A stretch of DNA of 64,000 nucleotides from Candidatus Micrarchaeia archaeon. Lineage in GTDB: Archaea; Micrarchaeota; Micrarchaeia; Burarchaeales; JACRGF01. The notes beneath the pieces were generated by a model that had not been told where the DNA came from, searched no databases, and was given only the letters and a program-made list of their open reading frames with translations. Positions 1-10,185 of this stretch are shown piece after piece. Position numbers and translations under genes: made by a program. Each line of letters starts with the position of its first letter. Position 1 is the stretch's first letter. The DNA lies in the NCBI GenBank assembly GCA_038870455.1, contig JAWCPB010000001.1:21449-85448 (forward strand), given 5' to 3'.

Positions 1-2
1 TT

Positions 3-533
3 CAGCGTCAGCCGATTCCAGCCTGGCCGCTGGTCCGATGGGAAAAGGCTGGCGAGGCATGGGATGCCAGCACGCGGCCGGGCGGAGTTCCTTTCGCCCG
101 CGTGAGCAAAGCCTTCGTCTGTGTGCTTGGTAAAACCGGGGGAGTCGTCGCCTCGTTCATCGACAATGCGCTCTCACTTTCGATAGATGCTCCTTTTCTG
201 GCCTTCAACGAGCTTTGTCACCTGCGCGTGGCGAAAGCGCACACCAAAAGCGAGCTTCTGCTGCGGGAAGAGGGCTCGATGTACGGGCAGACAATCAAAA
301 TCTGTGCGGATGCCGCTGAACGCGTTTTCAAGAAACTATGGAAGAGCGCGCCCCGGCAGGCTCGCGTCGTCCTGTCCGCGTGGCTGGACAGGATAGAGCG
401 CCTGAAAGAATGCATTCCGGAAGCCGTAATGCCGAAGTACGACGGGTTTGAAGTGCGTGCGCGCATGGGGCGCGCACTGCCCGCGAAAGACTTCGCACGC
501 ATTCCGCCCTTGCTCGAGCCTTTTGGCGGCTAA
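3..533 (+). CDS. hypothetical protein, 5'-partial
   Basis: The frame of ORF 102..533 is open from the window edge. No recognisable motif. Its stop overlaps the convergent ftsZ stop. Confidence 0.45.
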   Translation, partial: QRQPIPAWPLVRWEKAGEAWDASTRPGGVPFARVSKAFVCVLGKTGGVVASFIDNALSLSIDAPFLAFNELCHLRVAKAHTKSELLLREEGSMYGQTIKICADAAERVFKKLWKSAPRQARVVLSAWLDRIERLKECIPEAVMPKYDGFEVRARMGRALPAKDFARIPPLLEPFGG

Positions 534-1603
534 ATGTAGTTGATGTCCTCAAGGCCCAGCACGAGCTTCGCGTCCTGCTGCCTCTCGAGCGGCTTTCCGA
601 GAATCTGCGGCGATGTTATGCCGGTCATTATCGCGGTGACGACGACCTGGTCCTCGAGCTCCGGCGACAGCCTCGCCCCCCAGATGACATTGGCGTTCTC
701 GTCGAAAGCCTCGGTCAGCTTCTCCCCTATCGTTGTCGCTTCGCCGAGAGTCAGCGTGGGCGAGCCGGCTATGTGAATGAGCGCGCCCTTGGCCCCCGTG
801 TAATCCACGTCGAGAAGCGGGTTGGTGAGCGTGCTCTTGACGGCCTTCTCCACCTTGTCGGTTCCCTTTCCCTCCCCGACCGCGATCATGGCCACGCCCG
901 CGTTGTTCATGATCGCCTTTACATCCGCGAAGTCGATGTTCACGAGGCTCGGCAGCGTGATGGTGTCGCTTATTCCCTTGACGGCCTTGGCGACGATCTC
1001 GTCCGCGATCTGGAAGGCCTGGTTCATGGGCAGGTTCGGCACGTAGCTGACGAGGCGGTTGTTGTCTATGATGACCACCGTGTCGCAGATTTTCTTGAGC
1101 TGGTCTATTCCCCAGTAGGCCTTTTCTATCCTCGCCCTCTCGAGGCTGAACGGAAAGGTCACCATGGCCACGACAATCGCTCCCTGTTCCTTCGCCACTT
1201 CAGCGATGACCGGTCCGGCGCCCGTGCCCGTTCCCCCGCCCATTCCCGCGCTGAGGAACACGAGCTCGCTGCCAGCCAGCACTTCCCTCAGACTGTCCCT
1301 GCTCGCTTCCGCACACTTCTGCGCTACTTCGGGGAATCCGCCGGCTCCCAGCCCGCGCGTGATGGACTGGCCGATGAGCACTCTCCTGCTCGCCTCGACA
1401 ATACGCAGGTGCGTGGCGTCCGTGTTTATCGCAACCGTGTCCGCGCTGCGTATGCCCATTTTCGTGAGGCGGTTTACCGTGTTGCAACCCGCCCCTCCCA
1501 CGCCAACCACAGCAATTCTTATCCTGTCGGACGAGGTTGAGGCCTCGGGCTGGGGCTGCCCGCTTCCAAGAACCGAGTTAATCAAACTCTCCACTGCCAC
1601 CAC
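530..1603 (-). CDS. ftsZ: cell division protein FtsZ (FtsZ2-like), copy A
   Basis: GVGGAGCN, GLGAGG, tubulin signature GMGGGTGTG, T7 loop LVNIDFADV. Confidence 0.97.
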   Translation of the reverse strand: MVAVESLINSVLGSGQPQPEASTSSDRIRIAVVGVGGAGCNTVNRLTKMGIRSADTVAINTDATHLRIVEASRRVLIGQSITRGLGAGGFPEVAQKCAEASRDSLREVLAGSELVFLSAGMGGGTGTGAGPVIAEVAKEQGAIVVAMVTFPFSLERARIEKAYWGIDQLKKICDTVVIIDNNRLVSYVPNLPMNQAFQIADEIVAKAVKGISDTITLPSLVNIDFADVKAIMNNAGVAMIAVGEGKGTDKVEKAVKSTLTNPLLDVDYTGAKGALIHIAGSPTLTLGEATTIGEKLTEAFDENANVIWGARLSPELEDQVVVTAIMTGITSPQILGKPLERQQDAKLVLGLEDINYI

Positions 1604-1663
1604 CTGCCTCGGGGAAATTCCCCCTCTTCCGGTCGCCTGTAAGGCGAAGCGGCTTTTCCCGCC

Positions 1664-2734
1664 TCACCCGATTATCTCAATGTCGCCGTACGCCACTTCC
1701 TTTGGCTTGTCCTCGAACGGCTTGCCGAGCACGCTCGCGCCCTTCACGCCCGTGACTATGGCGACTATCTCTATCTTCCCGTCATAGCCTGGTATGAGGC
1801 GCGCTCCCCACTTGACGTTCGCCTTGGGATCCATTCTCTCAGTGATTATCTCGCCTGCCTTTATCGCGTCGCCGAGCGTGAGGTCGCTTCCCCCGCTTAT
1901 GTGGATGATCGCCCCGCTCGCACCCTCGAAATCAACGTCAAGCAGGCGGTTCTTAAGCACTCCCTCCGAGGCTCCGGCCACCTTGTCGGTTCCCTTTCCC
2001 TCCCCGACCGCGATGAATCCGACTCCCCCTCCGCCCATGATCGCCCTCACGTCGGCGAAGTCGATGTTGATGAGGCTCGGCTGGGTGATTGTCCAGACCA
2101 AGCCGCCGATGGCCTTGGCGAGAATCTCGTCGGCCACCGAGAAAGCGTCGTTCATGGGCAGGTTGGGCACAAGCTGCACCAGCCTGTTGTTGTCGAGCAC
2201 TATGCACGAATCCACCACTTTCCTGAGATTGGTTATTCCCTCGTCGGCCTTGACTCTCCTCGCCCTCTCGAGGCTGAACGGGTAAGTCACCATGGCCACG
2301 ACAATCGCTCCCTGTTCCTTGGCGATCTGGGCGACGATCGGTGCCGCGCCCGTGCCCGTTCCCCCGCCCATTCCCGCGCACACAAACACGAGGTGTGCAT
2401 TGGAAAGCTCTTTCTCCAAAAGGTGCCTGTCGACCTCGGCCGCCTTCGCCCCGGTTTCGGGATAGCCCCCGGCTCCCAGCCCGCGCGTGATGGACTGGCC
2501 GATGAGCAACTTCTTGGCCGCCTCATTCACCACGCTCAGGTGCTGCCTGTCCGTATTTATGGCCAACAGCTCGCACCCTTTCACGCCCGCCCTCACTAGC
2601 CGGTTGATGGTGTTGTTTCCAGCACCGCCCACGCCGGCGACCACTATCTTTATGCTCTCGGAGCCAAAGTTTTCCTGAGCTGGCCCCTGCTCTCCCATAA
2701 CGCTTTTTATCAAACTCTCCATACTGATCGCCAC
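1664..2734 (-). CDS. ftsZ: cell division protein FtsZ (FtsZ2-like), copy B
   Basis: GVGGAGNN, GMGGGTGTG, T7 loop LINIDFADV. Confidence 0.97.
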   Translation of the reverse strand: MAISMESLIKSVMGEQGPAQENFGSESIKIVVAGVGGAGNNTINRLVRAGVKGCELLAINTDRQHLSVVNEAAKKLLIGQSITRGLGAGGYPETGAKAAEVDRHLLEKELSNAHLVFVCAGMGGGTGTGAAPIVAQIAKEQGAIVVAMVTYPFSLERARRVKADEGITNLRKVVDSCIVLDNNRLVQLVPNLPMNDAFSVADEILAKAIGGLVWTITQPSLINIDFADVRAIMGGGGVGFIAVGEGKGTDKVAGASEGVLKNRLLDVDFEGASGAIIHISGGSDLTLGDAIKAGEIITERMDPKANVKWGARLIPGYDGKIEIVAIVTGVKGASVLGKPFEDKPKEVAYGDIEIIG

Positions 2735-2752
2735 GCCATCTTGATAATGCGG

Positions 2753-2762
2753 TATTTAAATA
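2753..2762. promoter_or_regulatory. putative TATA box upstream of the ftsZ pair
   Basis: Palindromic TATTTAAATA about 20-30 nt upstream of the ftsZ copy B start, in a GC-rich context. Confidence 0.5.
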
Positions 2763-2831
2763 CTTTTCGCTCGCCTCTCGGACGCGCGTGCGCGTGTGCA
2801 GCTATAAAAATTGTGCTGCGCAAACCGCCTC

Positions 2832-3191
2832 ATGGCAGCGGAAAAAAATCCTGCGAAAAAATCTTCCGGAAAAATTTCTGAGAAAGACGTGCTCGGCGCG
2901 CTGAAGGCAGTTATCGACCCCGAGATAGGCATTGACATCGTGGATCTGGGCCTCGTGTACGAAATTAAGATAGACGCGGAAAACAGCGTGCATGTGAAGA
3001 TGACTCTCACCACTCCCTTCTGCCCGCTGGGACCCATGATTCTCAACAACGCAGAGCGCGCCGTGCAGGGAATCAAGGGCGTGAAGAGCGCGAAAGTCGA
3101 GCTCGTGTTCGAGCCGCCTTGGACTCCGGACAGAATGAGCACGGAAGCAAAAAAATCGCTTGGCTTCACGCAGCCCGCGCAGACCCCTTAA
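2832..3191 (+). CDS. metal-sulfur cluster assembly factor (DUF59/SufT/PaaD family)
   Basis: VIDPEIGIDIVDLGLVY, MTLTTPFCP, FEPPWTPDRMS. ATG at 2832 preferred. Confidence 0.92.
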   Translation: MAAEKNPAKKSSGKISEKDVLGALKAVIDPEIGIDIVDLGLVYEIKIDAENSVHVKMTLTTPFCPLGPMILNNAERAVQGIKGVKSAKVELVFEPPWTPDRMSTEAKKSLGFTQPAQTP

Positions 3192-4498
3192 GTCACTCCA
3201 ATCTTCGCCATCGCGTTTCTCGGGTTCTCGTAGTAGGCCTGCGTGAATTCGCTGAGCTGCTTTATCTCGCGGATGCCCGCCCTGGCGAGCGCGCGCAGCA
3301 CCTTCACGCGCAGCGCAAGCTCGTCCATGACTTCCTTGGGCGAAATGCCCGCCGCGGACGCCAGGCGGTCCCTGTAAATCACGCTGGGATGTACATTCAC
3401 CATGCTGCCCGTGTGCGGGTCGAAGGAGCACAGGTCGCTGAGGAGAACTTTCTTCTCAATCCCCCCCGTCTCGGTCACCTGCCCGACCACTCGCCTCAGC
3501 CTGCCATTCACCCAATAGTGCCGCGTGACGATGAAAACATCGATGAGCGGAATGACCTCGGTCGGGACGCTCATGGGAACGTTTTCAAGGCGCATGACGG
3601 CCTCCCTCGCGCTGTTGGCGTGCAGCGTGCCCATGCAGATTTTTCCTATGTTCATGGCGGTCATGAGGTCGTTGGCCTCGTTTCCCCGCACTTCGCCGAC
3701 GATTATCCTGTTTGGGTGCATGCGCATGCTGTTTTTGACGAGGTCCTGCATGGTCAGCTCCTCGGTCGTCTCGAGCCGAGCGGTGTTCTCGTTCGCCTCG
3801 GTGTTCAGCTCGAGCGTGTCCTCGATGACCACGATCCTCTCGTTGGCGGGAAAGAAGGAAAACAGGGCGTTGAGCATCGTCGTCTTGCCAGAGCCGGGCA
3901 TTCCCGCGATGAGTATGTTGGCCGGCTTTATGCGCAGCCCGTCCGCGTACAGCCAGAACTGCGCGGCCAGCTCAACGCTCATGGTGTTGTTTTCGACCAG
4001 GTCGATGAGCGAGAGGGGCCTCTTGTTGAACTTCCTGATTGTAATCTGCGGCCCGAAGGGCGAGGCTATGACGTTCGCCCTGCTTCCCTCCGGCAGGTGG
4101 AAGTTGTTTATGTCGTTCAGCCTGTCTTTTCCTGAGAGCACGAGCAGGCGCTTTACAAACAGGTTGAGCTGTTCGAGTGTTCTGAATTTCCTGTCGGTCT
4201 TGACCATGCCTTCTTTCGTGGAGAACGTGTAGATGGGCTTGAGGCCGTTTATCATTATGTCCTCAATCTCCTCCCTTCTCATCAGGTCGTCGAGCTCCCC
4301 GTAGCTCAGCACGTTCCGGATGAGCGCGTTCTTCTTCTCCTCGCTGATTTTTCCATAAACTTCCCTGACGGCCTCGCCGACGATTCTCTCCTGCTCCTCC
4401 CTCGTCTGCACGAAGGAAAGCCTTCCCACGAGCTTTTCGAGCAGCCTCTCTTCCTTCTCCTCTTCCTCGGTTTTGCTTGTTTCAATCTCGAGCTTCAT
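3188..4498 (-). CDS. type II/IV secretion system traffic ATPase (VirB11/TadA/CpaF family)
   Basis: Walker A GMPGSGKT, Asp box IVVIEDTLEL, Walker B RIIVGEVRG, His box GTLHANS. Confidence 0.92.
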   Translation of the reverse strand: MKLEIETSKTEEEEKEERLLEKLVGRLSFVQTREEQERIVGEAVREVYGKISEEKKNALIRNVLSYGELDDLMRREEIEDIMINGLKPIYTFSTKEGMVKTDRKFRTLEQLNLFVKRLLVLSGKDRLNDINNFHLPEGSRANVIASPFGPQITIRKFNKRPLSLIDLVENNTMSVELAAQFWLYADGLRIKPANILIAGMPGSGKTTMLNALFSFFPANERIVVIEDTLELNTEANENTARLETTEELTMQDLVKNSMRMHPNRIIVGEVRGNEANDLMTAMNIGKICMGTLHANSAREAVMRLENVPMSVPTEVIPLIDVFIVTRHYWVNGRLRRVVGQVTETGGIEKKVLLSDLCSFDPHTGSMVNVHPSVIYRDRLASAAGISPKEVMDELALRVKVLRALARAGIREIKQLSEFTQAYYENPRNAMAKIGVT

Positions 4499-4519
4499 GC
4501 GACTCTCCTCGCGTGCAGT

Positions 4520-5548
4520 CTATATTAATCTAATCAGCCCCTGGGCGATCTCGGCGACGTTCGCGCCCAGCAGGTCGGATAGCTGCTTCACCGCAGTGAA
4601 TGTTACGGTCAGCGCCATGAGTGGGTATATGTAGGCTTCCATGAACATGAAGGGGATGAGCCTGCCCACAGTGGTAAGGTAGGCTATTATTCCAGTGTTT
4701 TTTACCTTCCATATAAAACTCAGCTGCGCGATGCCTTCCTGCGTTGCACACTGCTCCCTCAGCGCCTCCACATTGTACTCCACGCAGCTCAGCAGGTCGT
4801 GCTGGGCCGCCACCGATAATATGAGCGCATAGCTGAAGGGATACACCAGATACATGCCGATGGCCAGCCCCATGAGGAAGGCGCCCGCCCCCCTTGTGTA
4901 AGGCAGCACGCGCAGCACAACGCCGAGGGGCAGGAATATCGTAAACATGGTGTCCGCGACAAAGTTGAGAAGTTGCCTCTGGAAATAGTTAGCGATGAGC
5001 AACCACGTCGAAAGCTGGGCTATCTGATGGGCAATGTTGGAAGGATAGGAGAAGGGCCAGCCCGTGACGGTGTGCACGCCATAGCTCGACAGCGTCACAC
5101 TCGCCATTGTATCCACGACCAGCGCAATGCGCAGCGCCGTGACATAATAACGCCTGAGGCAGTCCAGCGTGCTGTTGAGATAAAAGTGGGTGAGGCTGAA
5201 CGGATTGTCGGGTTGGATGACTCCCGGGGGTATGACCGACAACACTGGGTTATTGACAGCCAGCTCGCGCGTAGTGTTTGCCACGCCGGTGGAGATGAGG
5301 CCGGTGAAGGCGATGAGGCCGAACACGAGCATGGCGCTGGCCATCGCCTGCAGGAATTCACTCCGCGCCCACTTTTTTGCTTCGGGCAGGTCAAAGATGA
5401 CTGAGACCATGTAGGCGAGCGCCACAAGAAATATGGATGTGAGCACAGCCAGCGCGGCGGCCTGCTGCCACACCAGCCCGGCCCCAGTCGTCCAGGCCGT
5501 CGTGACCGCAGCCTGCGTTGCCTGCCCGAAATCCGCCTGCAACATCAT
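4520..5548 (-). CDS. polytopic membrane protein, tandem paralog 6 (CedA/VirB6-like)
   Basis: Shared motifs KKWARSEFLQ, LPLGVVLRVLPYTRGAGAFLMGLAIGMYLVYP and C-terminal QLSDLLG...GLIRLI. Confidence 0.8.
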   Translation of the reverse strand: MMLQADFGQATQAAVTTAWTTGAGLVWQQAAALAVLTSIFLVALAYMVSVIFDLPEAKKWARSEFLQAMASAMLVFGLIAFTGLISTGVANTTRELAVNNPVLSVIPPGVIQPDNPFSLTHFYLNSTLDCLRRYYVTALRIALVVDTMASVTLSSYGVHTVTGWPFSYPSNIAHQIAQLSTWLLIANYFQRQLLNFVADTMFTIFLPLGVVLRVLPYTRGAGAFLMGLAIGMYLVYPFSYALILSVAAQHDLLSCVEYNVEALREQCATQEGIAQLSFIWKVKNTGIIAYLTTVGRLIPFMFMEAYIYPLMALTVTFTAVKQLSDLLGANVAEIAQGLIRLI

Positions 5549-6963
5549 ATCATCCTCGTGAGGTTGGACACATCCACCTCCTCCCCAAAGAACCGCGAGA
5601 GGTCGCGCGCGATGGTTACAAGCAGGATGAAATTAAAAGCCGGCAGCAGAATGGCCCCAATGAGAATATAAGAGGCCACCCGGATAAGCCCAAAGATCGC
5701 GTATGTGCCGCCCACCAGCGCCAGCAGCGTGCCGCCCAGCGCGCCCTTGAGCAAAGCCATTCCACCCAGCCTGCCTATCGCCGTCATCGATGTCAGCACG
5801 GGCGCCAGGTAGGCTACAAGGACTGCCCATACCGTATGCCCAATAATGGCGAGCATTCCCAGCGCGTCCTCTTCGCTCACCGACCAAGCAGACCGAGGCA
5901 CCTTGCAGGACGTGCACACGCCGCCCTCACATTCTCCTGAGAAACAATCGCTGCCCGCGTCACATGCATCGCCAGGATAGCCGAGCTCAAGACATCTGTT
6001 CGGCTGGTTTGGGTCGAACCTTCCAGAACAGCACTCCTGCGCCGTGCTGGCTTCTCCCGCAAAAATACATGGGGGGCAACTCCCATCTGCATCGCATGTC
6101 AGGCCACCACAGCACTCGGTCGTCGAGTAGGGCCTGCACCTGTACTGGGAGGAGAGGGCGCCCATCACGTCATTTGTGGCATCGGCAATCGCCAGCATGT
6201 TTATTCCGAGCAGGATTGGATAGAACACGAACAGCGCCACGGCAATACCCATGAGCGCGCCACCGAATCCGCGCGTGAAGCTGAAGCACCTCAGCACAAC
6301 ACCCACGGGCAGCACGATGTTGAACATGGATACGAGGATGAACTTGAGTATCTCGGCCTGCACGAGGTTGGTTATCCAGGCGATTGTAAAGGACTGCAGC
6401 ATGAGGTTGAGCCCGCTCTCGAGCGCCGAGAGCCCGGCCATGGGCTGGACGCTGACGCCATATCCGCCGGGCTGCATGCCGCTCGCATAGCTCGTGGCGA
6501 TTGCCACGCGCCACTGCAGCACAAAGGCGTGCAACCATCCAGTTATTATTTTTTCATTCAGCCACCTCACATACTCAAAGGCATAGTCATACAGGTTCGG
6601 CGTTGTGCCGGCGGGCATGCCGACGAGGTTTGGGTCGAATCCGAAAAGCGCCGGAAAGCTCGGGCTGCACAGCACGCCCACGGCCAGCACGAGGTTGGCC
6701 ACGATGACCAGGCTCGCCGCCGTTTGGTAAAACTCGTTCTTCGCCCACGTCGCCGCGCCCGCGATGCCCAGCACGGTTGCTCCCATGTACGCGAGCACAA
6801 GGATGAAGAAGGAGAGCAGCGCGCCCAGCGTGGCCCAGCCGGCCCACGAGCCCCAGCTCGCCGTTATGCCGCACGCGTACGCGGCGCTCGTTGAGATGGG
6901 TGGGGATATGCTCACACACCCCGCCAGCGCGAATGCGCCCAGCACAACAAACATCCTGTTCAT
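5545..6963 (-). CDS. polytopic membrane protein, tandem paralog 5, with lipobox and Cys-rich insert
   Basis: ALAGC lipobox, TWAKNEFYQ, LPVGVVLRCFSFTRGFGGALMGIAV, a Cys-rich loop and C-terminal DLSRFFGEEVDVSNLTRMI. Confidence 0.8.
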   Translation of the reverse strand: MNRMFVVLGAFALAGCVSISPPISTSAAYACGITASWGSWAGWATLGALLSFFILVLAYMGATVLGIAGAATWAKNEFYQTAASLVIVANLVLAVGVLCSPSFPALFGFDPNLVGMPAGTTPNLYDYAFEYVRWLNEKIITGWLHAFVLQWRVAIATSYASGMQPGGYGVSVQPMAGLSALESGLNLMLQSFTIAWITNLVQAEILKFILVSMFNIVLPVGVVLRCFSFTRGFGGALMGIAVALFVFYPILLGINMLAIADATNDVMGALSSQYRCRPYSTTECCGGLTCDADGSCPPCIFAGEASTAQECCSGRFDPNQPNRCLELGYPGDACDAGSDCFSGECEGGVCTSCKVPRSAWSVSEEDALGMLAIIGHTVWAVLVAYLAPVLTSMTAIGRLGGMALLKGALGGTLLALVGGTYAIFGLIRVASYILIGAILLPAFNFILLVTIARDLSRFFGEEVDVSNLTRMI

Positions 6964-6967
6964 GTCA

Positions 6968-8170
6968 TCACACTATCTTGGAGAGCGCTTGCAGATTGAC
7001 GTCGGCTCCCAAAATATTTGCCAGTCCTCTTATCGCCGTGAAGGTGATGAGCAGCTGGAGGGCAGGCATGACAAATCCCAGCACGACTGTCATGTAAACA
7101 AAATAGCCAATGAGCATGATGAGAATGACGGTCAGCGCAGGAATCAGCTTTCCCGTGGGCAGCAGGAAGAGCAGAAAGAACACCTCCCCAAGATAGACAA
7201 AACCGCTCGGATTGAGCAGTGTGGACACGGCGTTCACCAGATGCTCGCGCATTGGCTCAGTGATTCTCTCAGCCACATCGAGTGCGGTGCAGCTCGGCGG
7301 AAGCGGCGCGCCGAAGCAGTACGCCCTTGCCATGTGCGCCTTCAGAAATTCGAACGACATGATGTATGTGAGCGGCCACACCACATAGAACCCCACGGCG
7401 ATGGCGATGAGCGCGCCGCCCGCGCTGCGCGTGAATGGGAACGTCCGCAAAAGAATCCCGACGGGAAGAAAGATCGGCATCATGGTGTCACGGACAAACT
7501 TGAGAAAAACCTGCTGCCCTATGATGCTGGCCAGCGCGAGTCCCTGCCCATTAAGCACTATGGCGAGCGCATCCAGGATTGGGCGCAGCGCCACGCCCGG
7601 CTGTATGGTTATGCCCACACGCATGGGCGCGATGGAGACGGTCGAGGAGGCGAGCACCCCAAATGCTATGTTCATGCCGTTGAAAATGATGTAAAATACT
7701 ATCACTATCCTTTGCGCGATGGCGAGAAATTGCTCGGCAACCTGGAATGCATCGTTGGCGGATACGGTGAGGCCCGCCGAAACCCTCTCCAGGTACCATG
7801 GCAGGTAAAACAGCGGGACGAAAACCTGATCGATGAAGCTGATTATGACGAACATCGCGCCAACGAAAATCGCGGTGGCGACGAGCTGGTACAGCTCGTT
7901 CTTTGCCCATACAAGCAAGGAGGGCATGCCGAAGCCGAACGCCAGCATGAACATCACAGCGACAACAAAAGACGAGAGCAGCAGGGCGATCATCGTTGGG
8001 CCATACCAGTTCACTCTCGTCTCGCACGTTCCCGTCTCGGTGAGGTAGGTGCCCGGGCAGCATCCACCTGGCCCGGGCGGCGCCCCCGCGCCCGTGCACC
8101 GCTGTATCGTGCCGAGGCAGCCAGACAAGAGTATGAGCCCGACCAGCGCGAGCGCCCACGCCCTCATCAT
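6968..8170 (-). CDS. polytopic membrane protein, tandem paralog 4
   Basis: LLSGC lipobox, VWAKNELYQ, LPVGILLRTFPFTRSAGGALIAIAVGFYVVWP, GLANILGADVNLQALSKIV. Confidence 0.8.
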   Translation of the reverse strand: MMRAWALALVGLILLSGCLGTIQRCTGAGAPPGPGGCCPGTYLTETGTCETRVNWYGPTMIALLLSSFVVAVMFMLAFGFGMPSLLVWAKNELYQLVATAIFVGAMFVIISFIDQVFVPLFYLPWYLERVSAGLTVSANDAFQVAEQFLAIAQRIVIVFYIIFNGMNIAFGVLASSTVSIAPMRVGITIQPGVALRPILDALAIVLNGQGLALASIIGQQVFLKFVRDTMMPIFLPVGILLRTFPFTRSAGGALIAIAVGFYVVWPLTYIMSFEFLKAHMARAYCFGAPLPPSCTALDVAERITEPMREHLVNAVSTLLNPSGFVYLGEVFFLLFLLPTGKLIPALTVILIMLIGYFVYMTVVLGFVMPALQLLITFTAIRGLANILGADVNLQALSKIV

Positions 8171-9240
8171 ATCAACCTCGTTAGCCCGGCGATCTCAATG
8201 TCGCCGCCGAGATTCTGCGAGAGTATCTTCACAAAAGATATCGTGGTGATGAGGCTCACAAACGGCACGAAGGTGGCATAGATAAGGATTTTGGCCGTTT
8301 TCTCAAACACGCCCTCGTCACCGATGAGCCAGCTTCCACCGGTGAGCGTGCCGGTAATGGCATCCCATAGCCCGAAGTTTTCGGGCTTGTGCGGCACAAG
8401 ACTCTTGCCCAAACCCGTGCCTTGCGCGCTCGTGTATGCCTCCTCCAACGCGCTCGGGTCGATGATGAGCACGTATGTTTTGGCCGTGGTGGCGCCCACC
8501 ACGGCGTGAGCCAGCAGATAGACAATGGGTAGCACGAAATAGACGCCTATGGCCACCGCCATGAGCAGTCCCCCGAGCCTTCGCGTCATGAAGAACGAGC
8601 GCAGCACAATGCCGAGCGCCAGTAGCGTCGGATACAGCGAGAACATCGTCAGATCGAAAAAGACCTCAACGGCCTTCATGACTATCATGACCTTGGTGAT
8701 GAGGTCAAACGTGGTGTTGAGGCTGTCGGTGATGACATGAAAACCTGCGAGCGGGGTGAACATGAAGTTGAGCCACGGTGCAACCAGCCCCTCCCAGCCC
8801 ACGGACATCGATGCCAGCATGAGCAGCCATGAGTTCGTGCGCAGGATGAGTTTGTTCATCTCCCTCAGGTTGGAATACATCGCAGTCGTGTAGTTGCGGG
8901 CCAGCAGGATGTGGCATCCAGTTCCCGTGCAGCCCACATCGGCCGCCAGCGCGGCATCCAAGCTCGTCAGCAGCCCGACGAGCGCGGCCACGATGACGAG
9001 GCTGGCGATTGCCTGGTACAGCTCGTTCTTGCCCCACGTCTTGAGGTGAGCGATGTTGAAACCGAAGCCCACCGCATAGGCTAGTGCTGTCAGCATCAGC
9101 ATGATGAACGCGAGCGTGAGCGCCTCGGCCCGCCAGTCCCACGGCGTGCCGCCCCACAGCGTGGTGATTGGCTTTCCCCCGAGCGTCACACAGCCCGACA
9201 GCAGGAGCAGGGCAAGCACGGCCACAAGCACTTTTTTCAT
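8167..9240 (-). CDS. polytopic membrane protein, tandem paralog 3
   Basis: LLSGC lipobox, TWGKNELYQ, LGIVLRSFFMTRRLGGLLMAVAIGVYFVLP, ILSQNLGGDIEIAGLTRLI. Confidence 0.8.
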   Translation of the reverse strand: MKKVLVAVLALLLLSGCVTLGGKPITTLWGGTPWDWRAEALTLAFIMLMLTALAYAVGFGFNIAHLKTWGKNELYQAIASLVIVAALVGLLTSLDAALAADVGCTGTGCHILLARNYTTAMYSNLREMNKLILRTNSWLLMLASMSVGWEGLVAPWLNFMFTPLAGFHVITDSLNTTFDLITKVMIVMKAVEVFFDLTMFSLYPTLLALGIVLRSFFMTRRLGGLLMAVAIGVYFVLPIVYLLAHAVVGATTAKTYVLIIDPSALEEAYTSAQGTGLGKSLVPHKPENFGLWDAITGTLTGGSWLIGDEGVFEKTAKILIYATFVPFVSLITTISFVKILSQNLGGDIEIAGLTRLI

Positions 9241-9244
9241 CGCA

Positions 9245-10183
9245 TCATCTACCCAGCTTGTGTATGATGACTTTTACGGTTGCCTTGATGAATGTAGTGG
9301 TGATCACCATGCTCAGCGCGGGCAGGAAGACCGCCTGGGGAATGACATGGCTGATGGTCAGAAACGCCTTGCACTGCCTGCGCGGATCAAAATAGCTGAA
9401 AATCCCGAAACGGCTCACATCACCCGGGTTGGCAGGCGTGCCCGGATCGAGCGGCACGCTGCACAGCCCGAAGAGTCCCAGCTTTGCGCTCGGGTCGTTG
9501 ATGTCGCTCCAGATCACATCGGCGACCATGGCGTTCATCACATAAGTGAGCGGAAACACCACGTAGAAGCCAAAGGCTGCTGCCATGAGGAACGCGCCCG
9601 CATCCCTGGTGAAGGAGATGCCTCTCAGCAGAATGCCCGCGGGCAGCACGATTTGGAACATGGTGGCCTGGATGAACTGCAACAGCACCTGCTGCAACAG
9701 CAGGCTTGAGAGAAGGGGCCCGAGGATGTTCTCGAGCAAGTTGATGTTGTTGGCAAGTCCCTTTAGCCCGGCGAGCGGCGCATAGCTGAATCCCCACGCC
9801 GTGGGTCCTATCTGCACCGCGTACTGCCCGATGACATTCGCTTCGTACGCCAACGCAAACAGCTCCATCATGGTGGGCACGGCCTGCGTCCACACCAGCT
9901 CGGTGAGATACTTGTCCGCTATGTCAAACGGATTGCCTCCGGCGAGCTGCAGCGAGAGCTGGCAGGCCAGGCTCGAGAAAAACGCCGCGTTGGCCAGCAG
10001 GAAAAGCGTCAGAAGGACTTGGAAGAACTCCTCCTTCGCCCACGCCTGCCAGCCGGGCCTTGCAAACAGCGGGGCCACCATGTACACCCCGCCGACAAAC
10101 ATGAACACGATGAGCATGGCTACGGCAACGGTGTCGCCAATTCCCGGCAGGGGAGCGCAATACGAGAGAGTTGCGGCAGGCAT
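9245..10183 (-). CDS. polytopic membrane protein, tandem paralog 2
   Basis: AWAKEEFFQ, LPAGILLRGISFTRDAGAFLMAAAFGFYVVFP. Start moved to ATG 10183 (or GTG 10189), next to the upstream stop. Confidence 0.78.
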   Translation of the reverse strand: MPAATLSYCAPLPGIGDTVAVAMLIVFMFVGGVYMVAPLFARPGWQAWAKEEFFQVLLTLFLLANAAFFSSLACQLSLQLAGGNPFDIADKYLTELVWTQAVPTMMELFALAYEANVIGQYAVQIGPTAWGFSYAPLAGLKGLANNINLLENILGPLLSSLLLQQVLLQFIQATMFQIVLPAGILLRGISFTRDAGAFLMAAAFGFYVVFPLTYVMNAMVADVIWSDINDPSAKLGLFGLCSVPLDPGTPANPGDVSRFGIFSYFDPRRQCKAFLTISHVIPQAVFLPALSMVITTTFIKATVKVIIHKLGR

Positions 10184-10185
10184 GC

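Noticed and set aside
1606-1663. Small hairpins between the ftsZ genes (ggggaaattcccc, cgcctgtaaggcg)
   Set aside because: The stems are short and show no convincing match to modules A-D, so they cannot be separated from chance.
6764-8281. 505-aa plus-strand ORF and many other long antisense ORFs
   Set aside because: These are shadow ORFs opposite well-supported genes in GC-rich DNA and carry no motifs.
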